A stretch of 63,145 nucleotides of DNA, counting the filler, from Hausera hauseri (Eukaryota): the NCBI GenBank assembly GCA_046269625.1. It is 12 parts of 12 records of this genome, joined end to end, with 100 filler letters (N's around TTAATTAATTAA, not from the genome) between each part and the next. Parts side by side here need not be neighbours in the genome. Positions count along the whole stretch, not along the records: positions 48,330 to 53,536 come from JBJURY010306832.1; positions 53,637 to 58,578 come from JBJURY010385035.1; positions 58,679 to 63,145 come from JBJURY010566449.1; 9 more parts are not named here. The stretch is one strand, 5' to 3'. The translations under genes were made by a program, and so were the position numbers. This document shows, one piece after another, positions 51,280-63,145 of this stretch. Under the pieces are notes generated by a model. It made no database searches. It saw only the letters and a program-made list of their open reading frames with translations, and was not told where the DNA came from. Each line of letters begins with the position of its first letter. Positions within the stretch are counted from its first letter, which is position 1.

Positions 51280-51775
51280 TCATATTAGCTAAATATTACT
51301 TGCATTTTACACATGCACAAGCATACAGACATATCTCAGCTATACATTTTCCCAAGTTACTCGCATTTTACATACATTCACATGCACTTACATATATCTG
51401 AGCTATACATTTTCTCAGGTCACTTACATTTTACAAGCACAGACAAACACTCACACAGGCAAACACACAGACATATACCTGAGATATACCTTCTCTCAGG
51501 TTACTTACATTTTACAAGGACATACATGCACATACACCATATATCTTAATTATTCATTTCTCAGGTTACTTACATTTTACATGCACATAAAATACATGCA
51601 CAAGCATACAGACATATATCTTGGATATAACTTTTCTCAGGTTAATTGCACTTTACATGTACAGACAAGTGCAAGCACATGCACGCAAGCAAACACCATA
51701 TATCTTAGTCATTCATTTCTCAAGTTAATCACATTTCACTCACACAAGTACAGACATGCACAGAACCACACACAC
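51280..51775. repeat. Tandem repeat array (63-83 bp units, core tcaggttacttacattttaca) between pPolB and the RING gene
   Basis: Core recurs at ~51352, 51415, 51496, 51561, 51637, 51720. Confidence 0.8.
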
Positions 51776-51976
51776 AATATAAAACGTGTTTAACTTTATG
51801 TAAAAGTTATGTTGATGTGAAATAAATGTGTTATGAAATTAGTTGGCCTTATCCTATATAGTAGTTACTTAGTTTTACTTAACCCTATCCTATATCCCAC
51901 ATTACTTGATCAAGAAGACAACACTATATTTCTATACAACGTGTATTAAACAAAAATTAACAATGAATAACAATAT

Positions 51977-53536
51977 TTACAATGCCACATGTCCGTGAGG
52001 TAGTGTATAGATTCCATCGCTCAGGATATGCCACTTGTCCTACACCCAATTTAGGCTTTTCTTATGCAGTGTTACTGTTTGGATGTTATGATCCCTAGAT
52101 TGGATCCTTCTCATTTCCGTTATGATGTGACTCTGCTCCTGAAAAAGTCTCGCATAGTTCTCAAAACTCATCTTCTTGGCCAATGTAGCCCTTTGAATGC
52201 CTTGGCTCTCTTTTTTATCTGACCATATACATCAGTTGCATACATTTTGGACCTAAGAGCTACAAGTTTCGAGATGATTGCCCCATTCCTCTCGTCTTTG
52301 AACTTCCCTGGGACTTTCTTATTGGTAATTGAATAGTTGGGATGTTCCTTTGGATAGTCCGAGGTATCCATATGTTGGGCCAATTGGACAAAGTCCTCAT
52401 AAATGTCCACAGTATGGATCTGATAGATGAAACTATCAGTATTTATATACATCAGCTGCATTGACTTGAACTTGGGGACCATGATGTCATAATGGAATTG
52501 ATACATCAAGGTATTTAACAGATCCAATATTGTCATACCCACATATATGGGCTTGTTGAATACCAATGCTGTTTTTAGCATATGGATGCCTACCAATTTC
52601 TCAGTATATATGGTGTTACTATAGAAGTTAGGCTTGGAAAAGAGCTTCTTTGCCCGCTTCCAGTCACATACTAGCTCAATGTTGACCCTATTGCGGATAT
52701 TCTTTATGATCTTGCCAAAAACGCTGTTATTATATAGTTTGAATTGGTCTTTCTCAAAGTCGTTCTTGGAATTAGTCCGCAGCTTCGTATTGAGATCTAT
52801 GTATGACTGCAGCTACATGGACTGGCTGAACTGGAGAGCTTTATGGATCTTGGTAATAAGAAGTCCATGTCTAACTGCCTGCTGGAGATTGATGTAGTGA
52901 ACTACATACCTCTCCTTATTACCCAGATGACAGAGCAGCTTTCTCTGCTTTCCATGGGGCGGAGGCATGCTCGCAGGGAGGAAAGGAAGCTGTTGATGCC
53001 TTGCGTGAATGGAAGCAAGATATTCCATATCCACCTCCAGTATGCATCCCGTATTTCCAGTGGGATCTAGGTCCAATATAGGGATGTTTCCAGGATTCTC
53101 GACCTATTTGAAGTTATCATATCACAACGGGACGCTCATTGCTTATTCACACAAGTTGTTGGCATCCAGGTATGATATATGAGGATTCCTTGGATGGATC
53201 ATACTGGACTATATACTTGTTGTTGGCTTCGCTACACCGGTAAATTGCCTGGCGTATTCCTCCTCTAATGCCCCTCTCGATCATAAGGATCATGTCGTAA
53301 TCCTTTATGATCGCAGCCTAATACCTGTATATCTCAGCATAGCTGCCCAGCTCATCCCTGGAGCTGTAAAGAAATGAGCCAGATCCAAAGCATGGCCGTT
53401 CATTGTAACATCCATTAATTTCTCAAAGACGTCTGTCAGCAGCAGCACATCGGGTTGGAGATATATATCACTATATTCCCCTTATGTTACGCATTGGAAT
53501 GCATGCCAGACGTTCGGAGCATGCTGGTAGTCCTCA
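51977..53536 (-). pseudogene. Decayed pPolB family A, C-terminal half, inverted relative to the 48330-50703 copy
   Basis: GCILEVDMEY, NSVFGK, FNKPIYVGMTILDL, YINTDSFI, NKKVPGKFKDE, LRSKMYA, TLPHGH; downstream gtgttgtcttcttgatcaag is shared with contig 1. Confidence 0.92.
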
Positions 53537-54249
53537 NNNNNNNNNNNNNNNNNNNNNNNNNNNNNNNNNNNNNNNNNNNNTTAATTAATTAANNNNNNNN
53601 NNNNNNNNNNNNNNNNNNNNNNNNNNNNNNNNNNNNCAATGTGCTTCACCTTCAAAATCAACTCAATTGCTTAATCAATATAAGAATTACTTTGCATTTA
53701 ACAAGAACTTTTAACATGTTTAAAAAACCTTGTTTTTTATACACTTCACCGCACTGCACCGCACTACTATTCATTGCCCATATAGGTTTTCGACCACGGG
53801 GAATCGAATGCCGTAATTAGATTCTTCGAATAATGCTTGCTTGATCGAGTTTTCGAGTTCGAATAGCCAAGTATTTGACTTGTAAGCTCGATGTCGAATA
53901 TCTCATGCCACATTCTGATTTGACATACATTACTTCCTATCCAGCCCCGCTATTAGATTTATCGATTTCCGCTTCACCGCGCTTCAAATGCACATATTGC
54001 TGAATTCGAAATATTGATTTTATGCCTATATAGTACATTTTCATGGAAAAAATTTTATGTACAAGGAGGTTTTCATATACGATGAATCGATTCCCGCTGT
54101 TAGATTTTTCGAATAGTTCGAAATTCGAGCTCGAAAATCTTCGAATTTCGAATTTTCGAGCACAGATTCGAGTTCGCCATAGTCAATTTCCTATCCATTC
54201 CCGGTCAATGTTATATCGAATTTTGCTTCCATAGGCTTAAAAAACCCAT

Positions 54250-55595
54250 GGAAAATATGACCAGTTTGAACTTCAGATCGATACTAATCGATAACCAATC
54301 GATAAATTTAAATTCTAACTGCACATTCATATACTACACTAAGTTTCCATTCGAATACATCCGATCACATGTCCTAATCATCTATATTGGAAATATCGGA
54401 AATTCGATATTATTGATTTCTGCACACTTGCACACATGTGTTTGCACTGCATGCCATATATCAAGGTGCACCTCGATGTTCTCTATCCATCTACACTTGA
54501 CCCAGATCAACTCCATCACTCCTACGCTGCACGACTGCCAATGTGTGCAAAGTGAAAAAGTACCCTGGCAACCGTATCCATGTGTACACCACACTCGAGT
54601 TTTGCACTGATCGAATGTACATCAAGTGCTGCACCTGCCAGTATACGCGCCATATTGATATTATTGATTTAAAATTTATAGCGGAAAGGCCTGTGGCGGT
54701 TCGGTCCCACTTTCGAATTATTCGAACACCAATCAATCGATTTAAATTCTAACTGCACATTCACATATAGCATCATGTGTGCTACCGATTTCACCCAATG
54801 CCAAGTGCTAATCATCAATATTGCATTTATCGGAAATCTGATATTATTGATTTTGCACACATGTACATATGTTGCACACATGGAAAGTGTACCAATCGAT
54901 GCGCCCCGATGTGCACTATCGATTAGCATTTTGTCCCGATCGATTCGATCAATTCTGCACTGTGCAGCGATCGATTTGTCATAAGTGCAAAAGTGCCCCA
55001 AGCAACGGTGCCTAGCGGCACCGTTGCCTAGCACCCTTTGGATCGATAGTGCTCCGGGTGCACTATCGATTGGCACATGTACGATATCGATTTGCACACC
55101 CACCAGGGGGTGGGACCGAACCGCCATTTTCCTCCTACTTTGTAGTTTTCTCGTTTAATTAAAACAAACAAGTACTATCAGTGAATAATGTTAATTTAAT
55201 GTACAACGATGAATTCTGCGTCGCCCGTTATCTTGCCGGTAAGGTTTTCACATGTGAAATCCAATAGAATGGTCAGATGCTTAGAATAACATACGTATTG
55301 CTTACTATTATAATTGAATAGGCGATACCAAGAGATTGTCTGGTCTGTTCTTTGTCGTGAGTAAACACTTTCCTTCGAAGATTTAGAATAATAAGTCTGC
55401 CAACAACAATTAATAACTGACAAAATTTGCTGCAAAAAAGAGTTTCAAAAAGATTTCAAAATTCAAGCTGTATGCTGCACCGTTGCTTAGCACTTTTTGG
55501 ATCGATAGTGCTCCTGGTGCACTATCGATTGGCACATGTGCAATATCGATTCGCACACACATCCCTCCGGGGGGTGGGACCGAACCGCCATTTTC
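54250..55595. repeat. Complex repeat: internal duplications rich in palindromic 6-mers, with 17-bp inverted/direct motif tggcggttcggtcccac
   Basis: Motif at 54694-54710, inverted at 55110-55126 and 55574-55590; ~54290-54480 resembles ~54735-54920; ~55030-55130 resembles ~55490-55595. Confidence 0.7.
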
Positions 55596-58500
55596 ACACT
55601 ATTAATGAGACTAGAGCTATGCTCTATTTGAGATCTCCAAGAAAAGATCAGAAGTTATCCACTACAAGGACAAAGAGCTATTCCTCGCTTTCCTCAGAAA
55701 CGTTACTATTCATAAGTATGTGCTTAGTTTCAATGATCATTGTAGCGGACGACACAGAAAACTATAAACAAAAAGCTAGTTCTACATCATTAATCACGTT
55801 ACAACTTTGGATATTTTCATTATTCATGTTGAATGGATTCTCTGACCCTAATGATGCCATAGATGGATATTATAATGACTACGAGGAAGTAGAAGTTGAA
55901 AGATTGAATAGTACGGGCAGTTCCGACTCTACAACAGAAAATGAGGAAAACACATCAAACTTCTCACTCTTAGCTGAGGACTCGTCAAATGAAATAAACG
56001 AGTCACTTTATCAAGAGTTTCAATAAATTGATTTTAAAAACAACACAACTTCAGTAATCTGTGCAGAACAATACTTAATGATTGAGACCTTAAACAAGTT
56101 CTGTCAAGAAGACTCTATACATGACTGTCACCACACTTACCATTTCGATTTTGACGTTTAGACTCCTAGATTGAAGTCATTAAGATTAATCCTACAATAA
56201 GATATCATGAAATACACGCTTCGGTATGGATATTCCGAGACGACTATGCTGACACCTAAGCATGGAAGGAATTACCTGAACTTCTACTAAAAACCCACGC
56301 AGAACTAGCTAAGACCAAATGCGTATTGAACAGATATAAATCAAAAATAAAAATCAAAACGGAATTAATAACGTTAGTCTACAAAGACATTAACTTAACA
56401 AATCATTAATTTCAACTAGAAACTAATACCATGCTAATTATAATCTCGGACGATATAGACCCTTTGGAAAAATAATAAACAGCCTGCTGAAGAGCCCATG
56501 CGATATCCCTAAAAATAGAACGGAGTTGGAAAGAGTGACAAATCGATTTATGTATCGACCATGAGATCAACAAGTTGTTAGCTCGAATGAAATATGCCTT
56601 CATGACCAGTTTATTCCAAATGCGATAATTAAATTGTGCCACATAATATTTCAAAACGAAAAAAATGAAAGAAATCGCGTTATATTAGCCACCGCAATGA
56701 ACTATGCATCGAATGTATGGTAGAACACCTAGGGAGATGGAAAACAATGAGCCTCGGTGCATACAACTAATAAATAAAATATCAATTATCAAAGAATTAA
56801 CAGAAAGATTTTGTAAAGCTTTATATAATTTTGTATAGACAATATTTTGATCCAATGGAGCAAGAGTAAGGAGTGGATTATCGAAAGGTGGATCAGCGAG
56901 ACAGACTGTTTTTAATAATCTTTTTTTATATCACTCACAAATACCTATACGAAATACTACAGTTCGAACAGATAACAAATTTTAAAAGCCGTGTATACGT
57001 CGAAGGATTTAAATTATTTCATGGGATACTTGAGAGAACTTTGACACATTTAACATGGTTTCAACTCGCGAATATCATGATCGAAATATGGAATATTAGT
57101 GTTTAGTTAAACGAAAATAAGCAAACATTCTCAAAGCATGAATCCTTATTAAAGAATTGATTAAAAACTCATTCCATAGTGGAAGTAATACGTTGTATCT
57201 GCACCCTTAACTGGGAAACGTTCATATACGAAATGACCGACGAAGACAATTTCGTTCAAGGAGATAGAATCAAATACCAACCTCTATTTGTCGGAAGTTG
57301 TAGAGAACGCATATTTCTCACACATCCTGCAAGAAGAATCATTACCACTTTCCTGGATGAATATAACCACATTCTTTGGACGAGAATCTCCGCGTTACAA
57401 CATATGTATAAACAAACACAGACTCAGGAATAGGTGGTAAATGTGCTAATTATTCAAAGGATGTGGCTGAAAATTGACAGAAGAAATAACAACGGAACCC
57501 TTTATCACCAAGTGCTGGACATTTTACACATTAATGACCATAAAAGATGAGTTAACAGAAAACGAGGAACACGACATGGACAAGGAAGAAATACGTATAC
57601 TATGTAGCGACTATTTAAGTAGAGGTAAAACTATAGACCTTACCACAGAAGATTAGGACGATACTGAAAAATTAGATATGGCAAATGCAGGCGGATTAAA
57701 AGGCAAATTAAATGCTTTGCGTTACCGCCTAATATTGTGTATATTGACTAACGACCAAGAGATAGCTAAGCCCTTCAAACAGGAAATTGCAAAGTACAAA
57801 GACACTCGTCAAACTATGACTTCAAAAAGGAACTAAGGGACGCCCTCAATTACTCCGACACAAGAACGACAAACAATGACCAATTTCCAACGCGCAGTAA
57901 AGCGTCACCCCACGAATGATCACCCGAACATTAATGTGTCAATGGCAAAACGAAGGAGTAACAGTAATATGAACAGTATTGGAACACTGAAAAATAGTCA
58001 GAACCTCCAACATTTTTCATTTGGATTAAGCGACAGTAGAAAATAATAGCCATAACGGATCAAATATGCATATCAATGACGACCCGGCAGTGTCCGAAAA
58101 AAGGAAATTTAAATATTGTCATTAGGATTTGACAATGAACTATTCTATACTATAATAATGCTCATCATGTTGCTATTCATTTTATTCATGACGGCCGAAG
58201 CTAAAGTTGTCCAGAAAACTTAAATGACTGGTATGCCTCCAAATTGAAAAATTTCCCATTGACATGTTATCAATTAATGTGAAAACAATTTTTCCCATTT
58301 TGTGAGGGATTCTGCGTCCCTCAAAGCTGCAGAGCATGTATACCTCCAAAATCGCGAAAATATGCGTATTTATTTCAGTTATTTTCACTTCTTTATTTTG
58401 TATTTTCATTTGCATGTACAGTAAAGAGTGTTTGTCAATACATTTTGGTTGCCATAATTACGGCCAGCAAGTTCACGTCACACAGTTCATCACAGTATTG

Positions 58501-58678
58501 TTGCACACTGGCACAGTGGCACATACTAGCGGCAGCGACTGCTGTAGTAACTGCTTGTTGCTGCTCTGTTACTGTGCGNNNNNNNNNNNNNNNNNNNNNN
58601 NNNNNNNNNNNNNNNNNNNNNNTTAATTAATTAANNNNNNNNNNNNNNNNNNNNNNNNNNNNNNNNNNNNNNNNNNNN

Positions 58679-59852
58679 TCGCAACAGTTCAATAAGATTA
58701 TTTCGAAATTTCCTGCTACTTGCTGCATATACAAACACATTTAAAAACAAACTGATTTCCACGAAGAAATTAGAAAACAAGTCTGGATAAACGTAAAACG
58801 TTTGATTTTTCACCAGCATCAAAATGCACGTTATGATAAATGTTGGTAATTGTAAAAAACCAAAAACGAACGATAACATCATGACTAAGTGTGTCGTGTG
58901 GTTTCGTGATTTTGTCACTGTTAAACGCCGTTTGCTCACTGGATGTTTTAAACACTTGCAATTTGCTTTGGAATTATTCGTATCGCGTTTCCTCGAATTA
59001 CCGCGTGCTATTCGAAAAATAGATTTTCTTTGTTAACTAATTTTAATCCAAAGAATTGACGTTGCCATGATTATTAAAACAACGGGAATACAGGATTGAA
59101 ACACAAATAATCAATAAACAGTAAAACTGTTGTACAGATCATAACTTCCGAGAAAATAGTCAAGAATTACGTAATTCAATATATTGACGCAAATTATTGC
59201 TTTGTAGCGTAACGTTTTCATAGTTGATAATCCGAACGATAACAGAATCAAAGTCATCAGTATGGATTTTAAACTTTTCCTGCTAAGAAATAATTTTCAT
59301 CGAAGAGCTAATGGCCTTAATACAATTTCACACTGGGATAATGAAATCAGTACAAACGTCCGATTTCTGGTTGAGAACATAGCATTAATAAAAGTGTGAA
59401 TTATTGTTGTGCATAATGATGAAACTGGATAACGATGTCTTTCAACTTTCAAAAGTATTAACAAAGATTCGATAAATATTATCATCTGGAGCAGTACTTC
59501 AGCCAAACTTATTGTAACCAAATTAAAATGAACTGCTGCATTGTCAATAACTTGTCGAAAAAATACAATAAGTGATAGTCCCTTTAGAAATGAAAATGAA
59601 CGTTTATCAATTTCTGACTGATACCGAAAATGAAGTCCAGATGCAATTGGTGTTAAACTTTAAAAATGGTGTAAACTTTTCTTCAGTATATGAATATTCA
59701 TCGTCCAATAATACATCGTCCAGTGATACGTCGTTCAATATTCCATCGTCCAATAAATCCATTAAATAATTTTCATTTGAATACAGTTCGGTTGCTCCTA
59801 ATTCATCGAAATCTTCCGGTTGGAAGGTAAATCCGGTCAAGTCACTTGTCAT
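58679..59852 (-). pseudogene. Intronless decayed class A (rhodopsin-like, FMRFamide/peptide-receptor-like) GPCR
   Basis: Acidic N-terminus from ATG 59852, hydrophobic helices, TM3 RNRTFVLISLSQCEIVLRPL, TM5 IPVVLII, TM6 FGFLQLP, TM7 LNVFVY..SRKFR; several stops and one frameshift. Confidence 0.82.
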
Positions 59853-59948
59853 TATCTGTCTTTTTTTTAAATACGCGAAAGTTTTAAAGTTTAAAATTGC
59901 GGATCACAATTAAAATCAAAGGATCAATTGTTTTTGATTCGACAAGCC

Positions 59949-62900
59949 ATTGCCGCTTTAAAGCGGAAAACCGGGGGCCCGCCTATGCGCCCCACGCTCC
60001 CGCAGCAGAAAACCCGGCCGTGCCCAACCGAATGGGCCGGAGGGTGACGATCGATGCGGGCTCCACATACCCCCTCCAATAGCAATGTTAAAACTATAAA
60101 GAATAAAAGATAGAGAGAAAAACCGCAAAACGAACATGTGTTTGTGTCAGTTGCGCTTAGTGTGTATAAGACGTTGAACACCTTGAACTGATTTTTCCCT
60201 ACTATACTTGCTGAATGTGACTCTGCGTGTTGTGTGTTTATGCAATGTGTTTGTTTGCAGAGGTTGAGGCTGGGGAAAAATTGTTAGATTTTGGTGTAGG
60301 TGGTGTGTTGTGCAAAGATAAGTCAGAATAAAGAGAAGAAGAAAACGAAAAAGGAAGAGGGATTGCCAAAGACAAATGGTTAAAGGCATTGAAAAGATTG
60401 TTAGAAGGCGAAGGAGTGATGAAAAATGTAGTGGCGGATAAAGGAAGAAAGAAAAGAGTCGGAGTGGAGATTGGAATTGTGTTGAGTGAAAGAGTGGAAG
60501 AAAAAGATTATCCAGAAGGAGTCGTATGAATAGAAGTAGAAAGTGTAGAAAATGGCGGAGCATGACTAGGCGTAGAAGTGGAAGGTGGAAATGATGTAGC
60601 AATAGATGTAGGAATAAAAGGGAGTGGAGGCGTGAGAAAAGAAGTTGACGTGTCGGTTGATAAGGTGTCGTTGACAAAGAAAGCGGGCTTTAAGTTGGCG
60701 ATGTGTACTGTAAGGTCTTTGCCGTCTTTAGAGATGATGGCGTTGTGTGAGTGCAGCTGTATCAGTTTATAAGGCCCCAGGTACCGCGGCTGAAAACTCC
60801 AAGGCGCTTGATTCTTTAGCCATACGAATTTAGCCTTATACAAATCTTCGGGTAAGTATGTTTTGTCTGTGTGAAGTATCCTTCAAAACGAATCTTTGCT
60901 GACCTCGACGAAGTGATTTTGCGCCGCCCGTATCGTCTCATCTGTGGGAGTGTCATCTAGGGCGGTTAGTTCGAATAATGATCGGACAGGAGCTCCGAGT
61001 AAGGTTTTATCAGGTGAGCATCCTGTAGAAGTGGACGGAGTGTTCCGCCAGCCGAGCAGAACGAACGGAAGAAGATTCGTCCAACTACTGTTGAACTCTG
61101 CGAGGATTCGTAGTGACGTTTTCAGTGTTCGGTGGAAACATTCTAGAAGGCCATTCGATTGGAGATGATAAGGTGCAGTATGAATGTGGTGGATCCCCAA
61201 TCGGTTAACAAGGGATTAAAACAGGTTAGACTCAAACTGTAGACCTTGGTCCGTGATGATGAAACGAGGTGATCCAAACCTGCTAATCCATGTGCGAATG
61301 AAAACGTCAGATATGATGTCGGTGTTTGTGCTCCACAAAGGGATGGCTTCTGGCCATCGGAAGGAACGGTCCATCATGGTGAGAATGAATTGATGTCCGT
61401 TGTCTGGAGGAAGAGGGCAAAAGATGTCAATATGCACGGACTCGAAACGCGATGTGCAGGGAAAGTGGAATAGTGGTTTGGTGGAAACGTTTAGCTGTTT
61501 TGTATTTTTGGCAAGCCACACACTCCTTAACCCATGCCTGCACATCAGAACGCATTGGCGGCCATATTACTTGTTGATGGAGTAGACGAAAGGTGGCTTT
61601 AGCACCAGGATGGTGTAGTGAATGCACGCTGTGAAAAGCTTGCCTTTGCAATGATGGTGCTAGAATTATTACGGAATGGCCTGGTTTGTAGGTGTCTAAA
61701 GCCACCCCGTCAACGATTGTGCAAGTCTTAAAAGACTTAAGCATGTCTCGAGGTGGCTGGTTCTGTTGAAGTTGGTCTTGTGTAAAGATCGGTGAAAAGT
61801 TAATCGAACCAACCGACCTAGATAAAAAATCAGCAACTAAATTGTTAACCCCGTTGATATGTTTAATATCAAAGTTAAATGCCGATAAGTATGACATTTG
61901 TCCTTCTTGGCGTGTGTAAGGGTGTTTCATGGCCATGATGTTAAGTAAAGGCTTGTGATCCGTTTGTAGAGTGAAATGACGAGCTACGAGTATATGTCAG
62001 AAATGCTTTAAAGCGAGAACGATGGCCAATAGTTTACGATCGAACGTGGAATATCTAGTTTCAGGTGCTGCTAGCTTGCGAGAGAAAAATTCATATGGTT
62101 GATTTTTTCCTTTGTTGATCTGGTGGAGTACAGTGCCTACAGAAGTGGTTGAAGAGTCTGTAGTAAGGATGAGTTATGCATCAGGCTTGGGAAAAGCTAG
62201 AATATCGACAGTTTTGATGCCATCGAGTAGCTTATCGAATTTTTCAACCAATTCAGGTGTCTACTAGATTGGCTGGTGTTTTTTGCCGCCGCTTAGGTTT
62301 GCGAATGGAGCTGTCAATTCGGAGCAATAGGGTACATATTTATGTACAAAGTGTAGTGTACCTAGGAAGCTGCGCATTTCGGTGGTTGTACGTGGTAACT
62401 GGATGTTTTTAAGAGCTTCGATGCAGTCCAATTGGGGAGAATGACCGTCTGGTGTAATAATGTGGCCTAAAAGGTTAATGCGCTTTTTGAAAAAATCGAA
62501 TTTGTCGAAATTAATCTGGAGATTATGATGGTTAAGATGTTGGAATATTGCACGAAAGTGTTCTTCGTGTTGTTTGGCAGAATATCATCGATTTAAGGGT
62601 GTGCAAACGGGAAGTCTGAAAGAATTGAATCGATGTGGCGCTGAAAAGTTTGTGCAGCATTCTGCAAACCGAATGGCATAAAGATGTATTCATAGAGACT
62701 AAAAGGAGTAGTTACTGCAGTTTTTTCTATGTCTTCGGGTGCTATCGGTATTTGATGGTATGCTTTAGGTAAATCAATGGTTGAATAGATGGTGGTTGAA
62801 TTAAGACAATGCAAAATATCTTTTATGAGTGGTAAATGGTCCGCATCCATAATAGTCAAGTTATTAAGTTGTCGGTAGTCACCGCATTGTCTAAAAGTAC

Positions 62901-63145
62901 TGTCCTTTTTTGGACAACGTGTAACGGTGATGATCAAGGAGATTTGGAACGGCGTACTATTACGGAACGTTCTAACTCAAAAAAATCGGCTTCTGCGGCC
63001 TGTCTACGACGAGGTGACAGAGGCCGTACCTTTTGACGTATTAAACGTTGATGCTGTGTGACTATATAGTGTAAAGTACTGTTTGCGGTAGTAAACGTAC
63101 GGTCTTTTTTAAGTACGCGTGGATATGATGTGTTGACGAATTTCT
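59949..63145 (-). mobile_element. Decayed CsRn1-like gypsy element (family G1): RT, RNase H, integrase, tail, PPT, LTR head
   Basis: CGDYRQLN, MPFGLQNAAQTFQR, HHPG..CVAC, TDQGLQFES, APYHLQSNG, GPY; PPT GGAGGGGGTA (60068-60077) then TGTGGAGC (from 60067). Confidence 0.93.

Noticed and set aside
51280-51775. CRISPR-like repeat-spacer array
   Set aside because: Inter-core segments are similar to each other, cores are degenerate, there are no cas genes and the context is eukaryotic.
1-63145. A single giant composite element or gene cluster (Polinton + gypsy + DHX8)
   Set aside because: Artificial linkers separate 12 contigs; adjacency across them carries no information.

Overview
This window is not contiguous DNA. 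It is 12 short contigs from an animal genome (GPCR motifs and CsRn1-type gypsy elements fit a lophotrochozoan or flatworm; inference), joined by artificial 100-nt linkers (N44-TTAATTAATTAA-N44). The only intact cellular gene is an intronless DHX8/PRP22 spliceosomal helicase. The rest is mostly decayed mobile DNA: (i) five Polinton/Maverick/adintovirus-type pPolB copies from two families, with a major capsid fragment and two small RING genes; (ii) CsRn1-clade Ty3/gypsy retrotransposons on four contigs; (iii) a different gypsy element with a chuvirus/gB-like glycoprotein upstream of pol and an in-frame signal-peptide/FN3-like extension after integrase; (iv) a hAT-like transposase. The most striking pattern concerns one gypsy family. 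In three independent copies the PPT and a short (~85-120 bp) GC-rich LTR head, ending at a TTTAAAGCGG TATA-like box, are followed on the same strand by a different decayed host gene (KLF zinc-finger factor, supervillin, peptide GPCR). In one contig this cargo is bracketed by the element's 3' end and the next element's gag. This suggests LTRs whose R/U5 part is made of captured host gene sequence. All family assignments come from motif recognition by eye; no searches were run.
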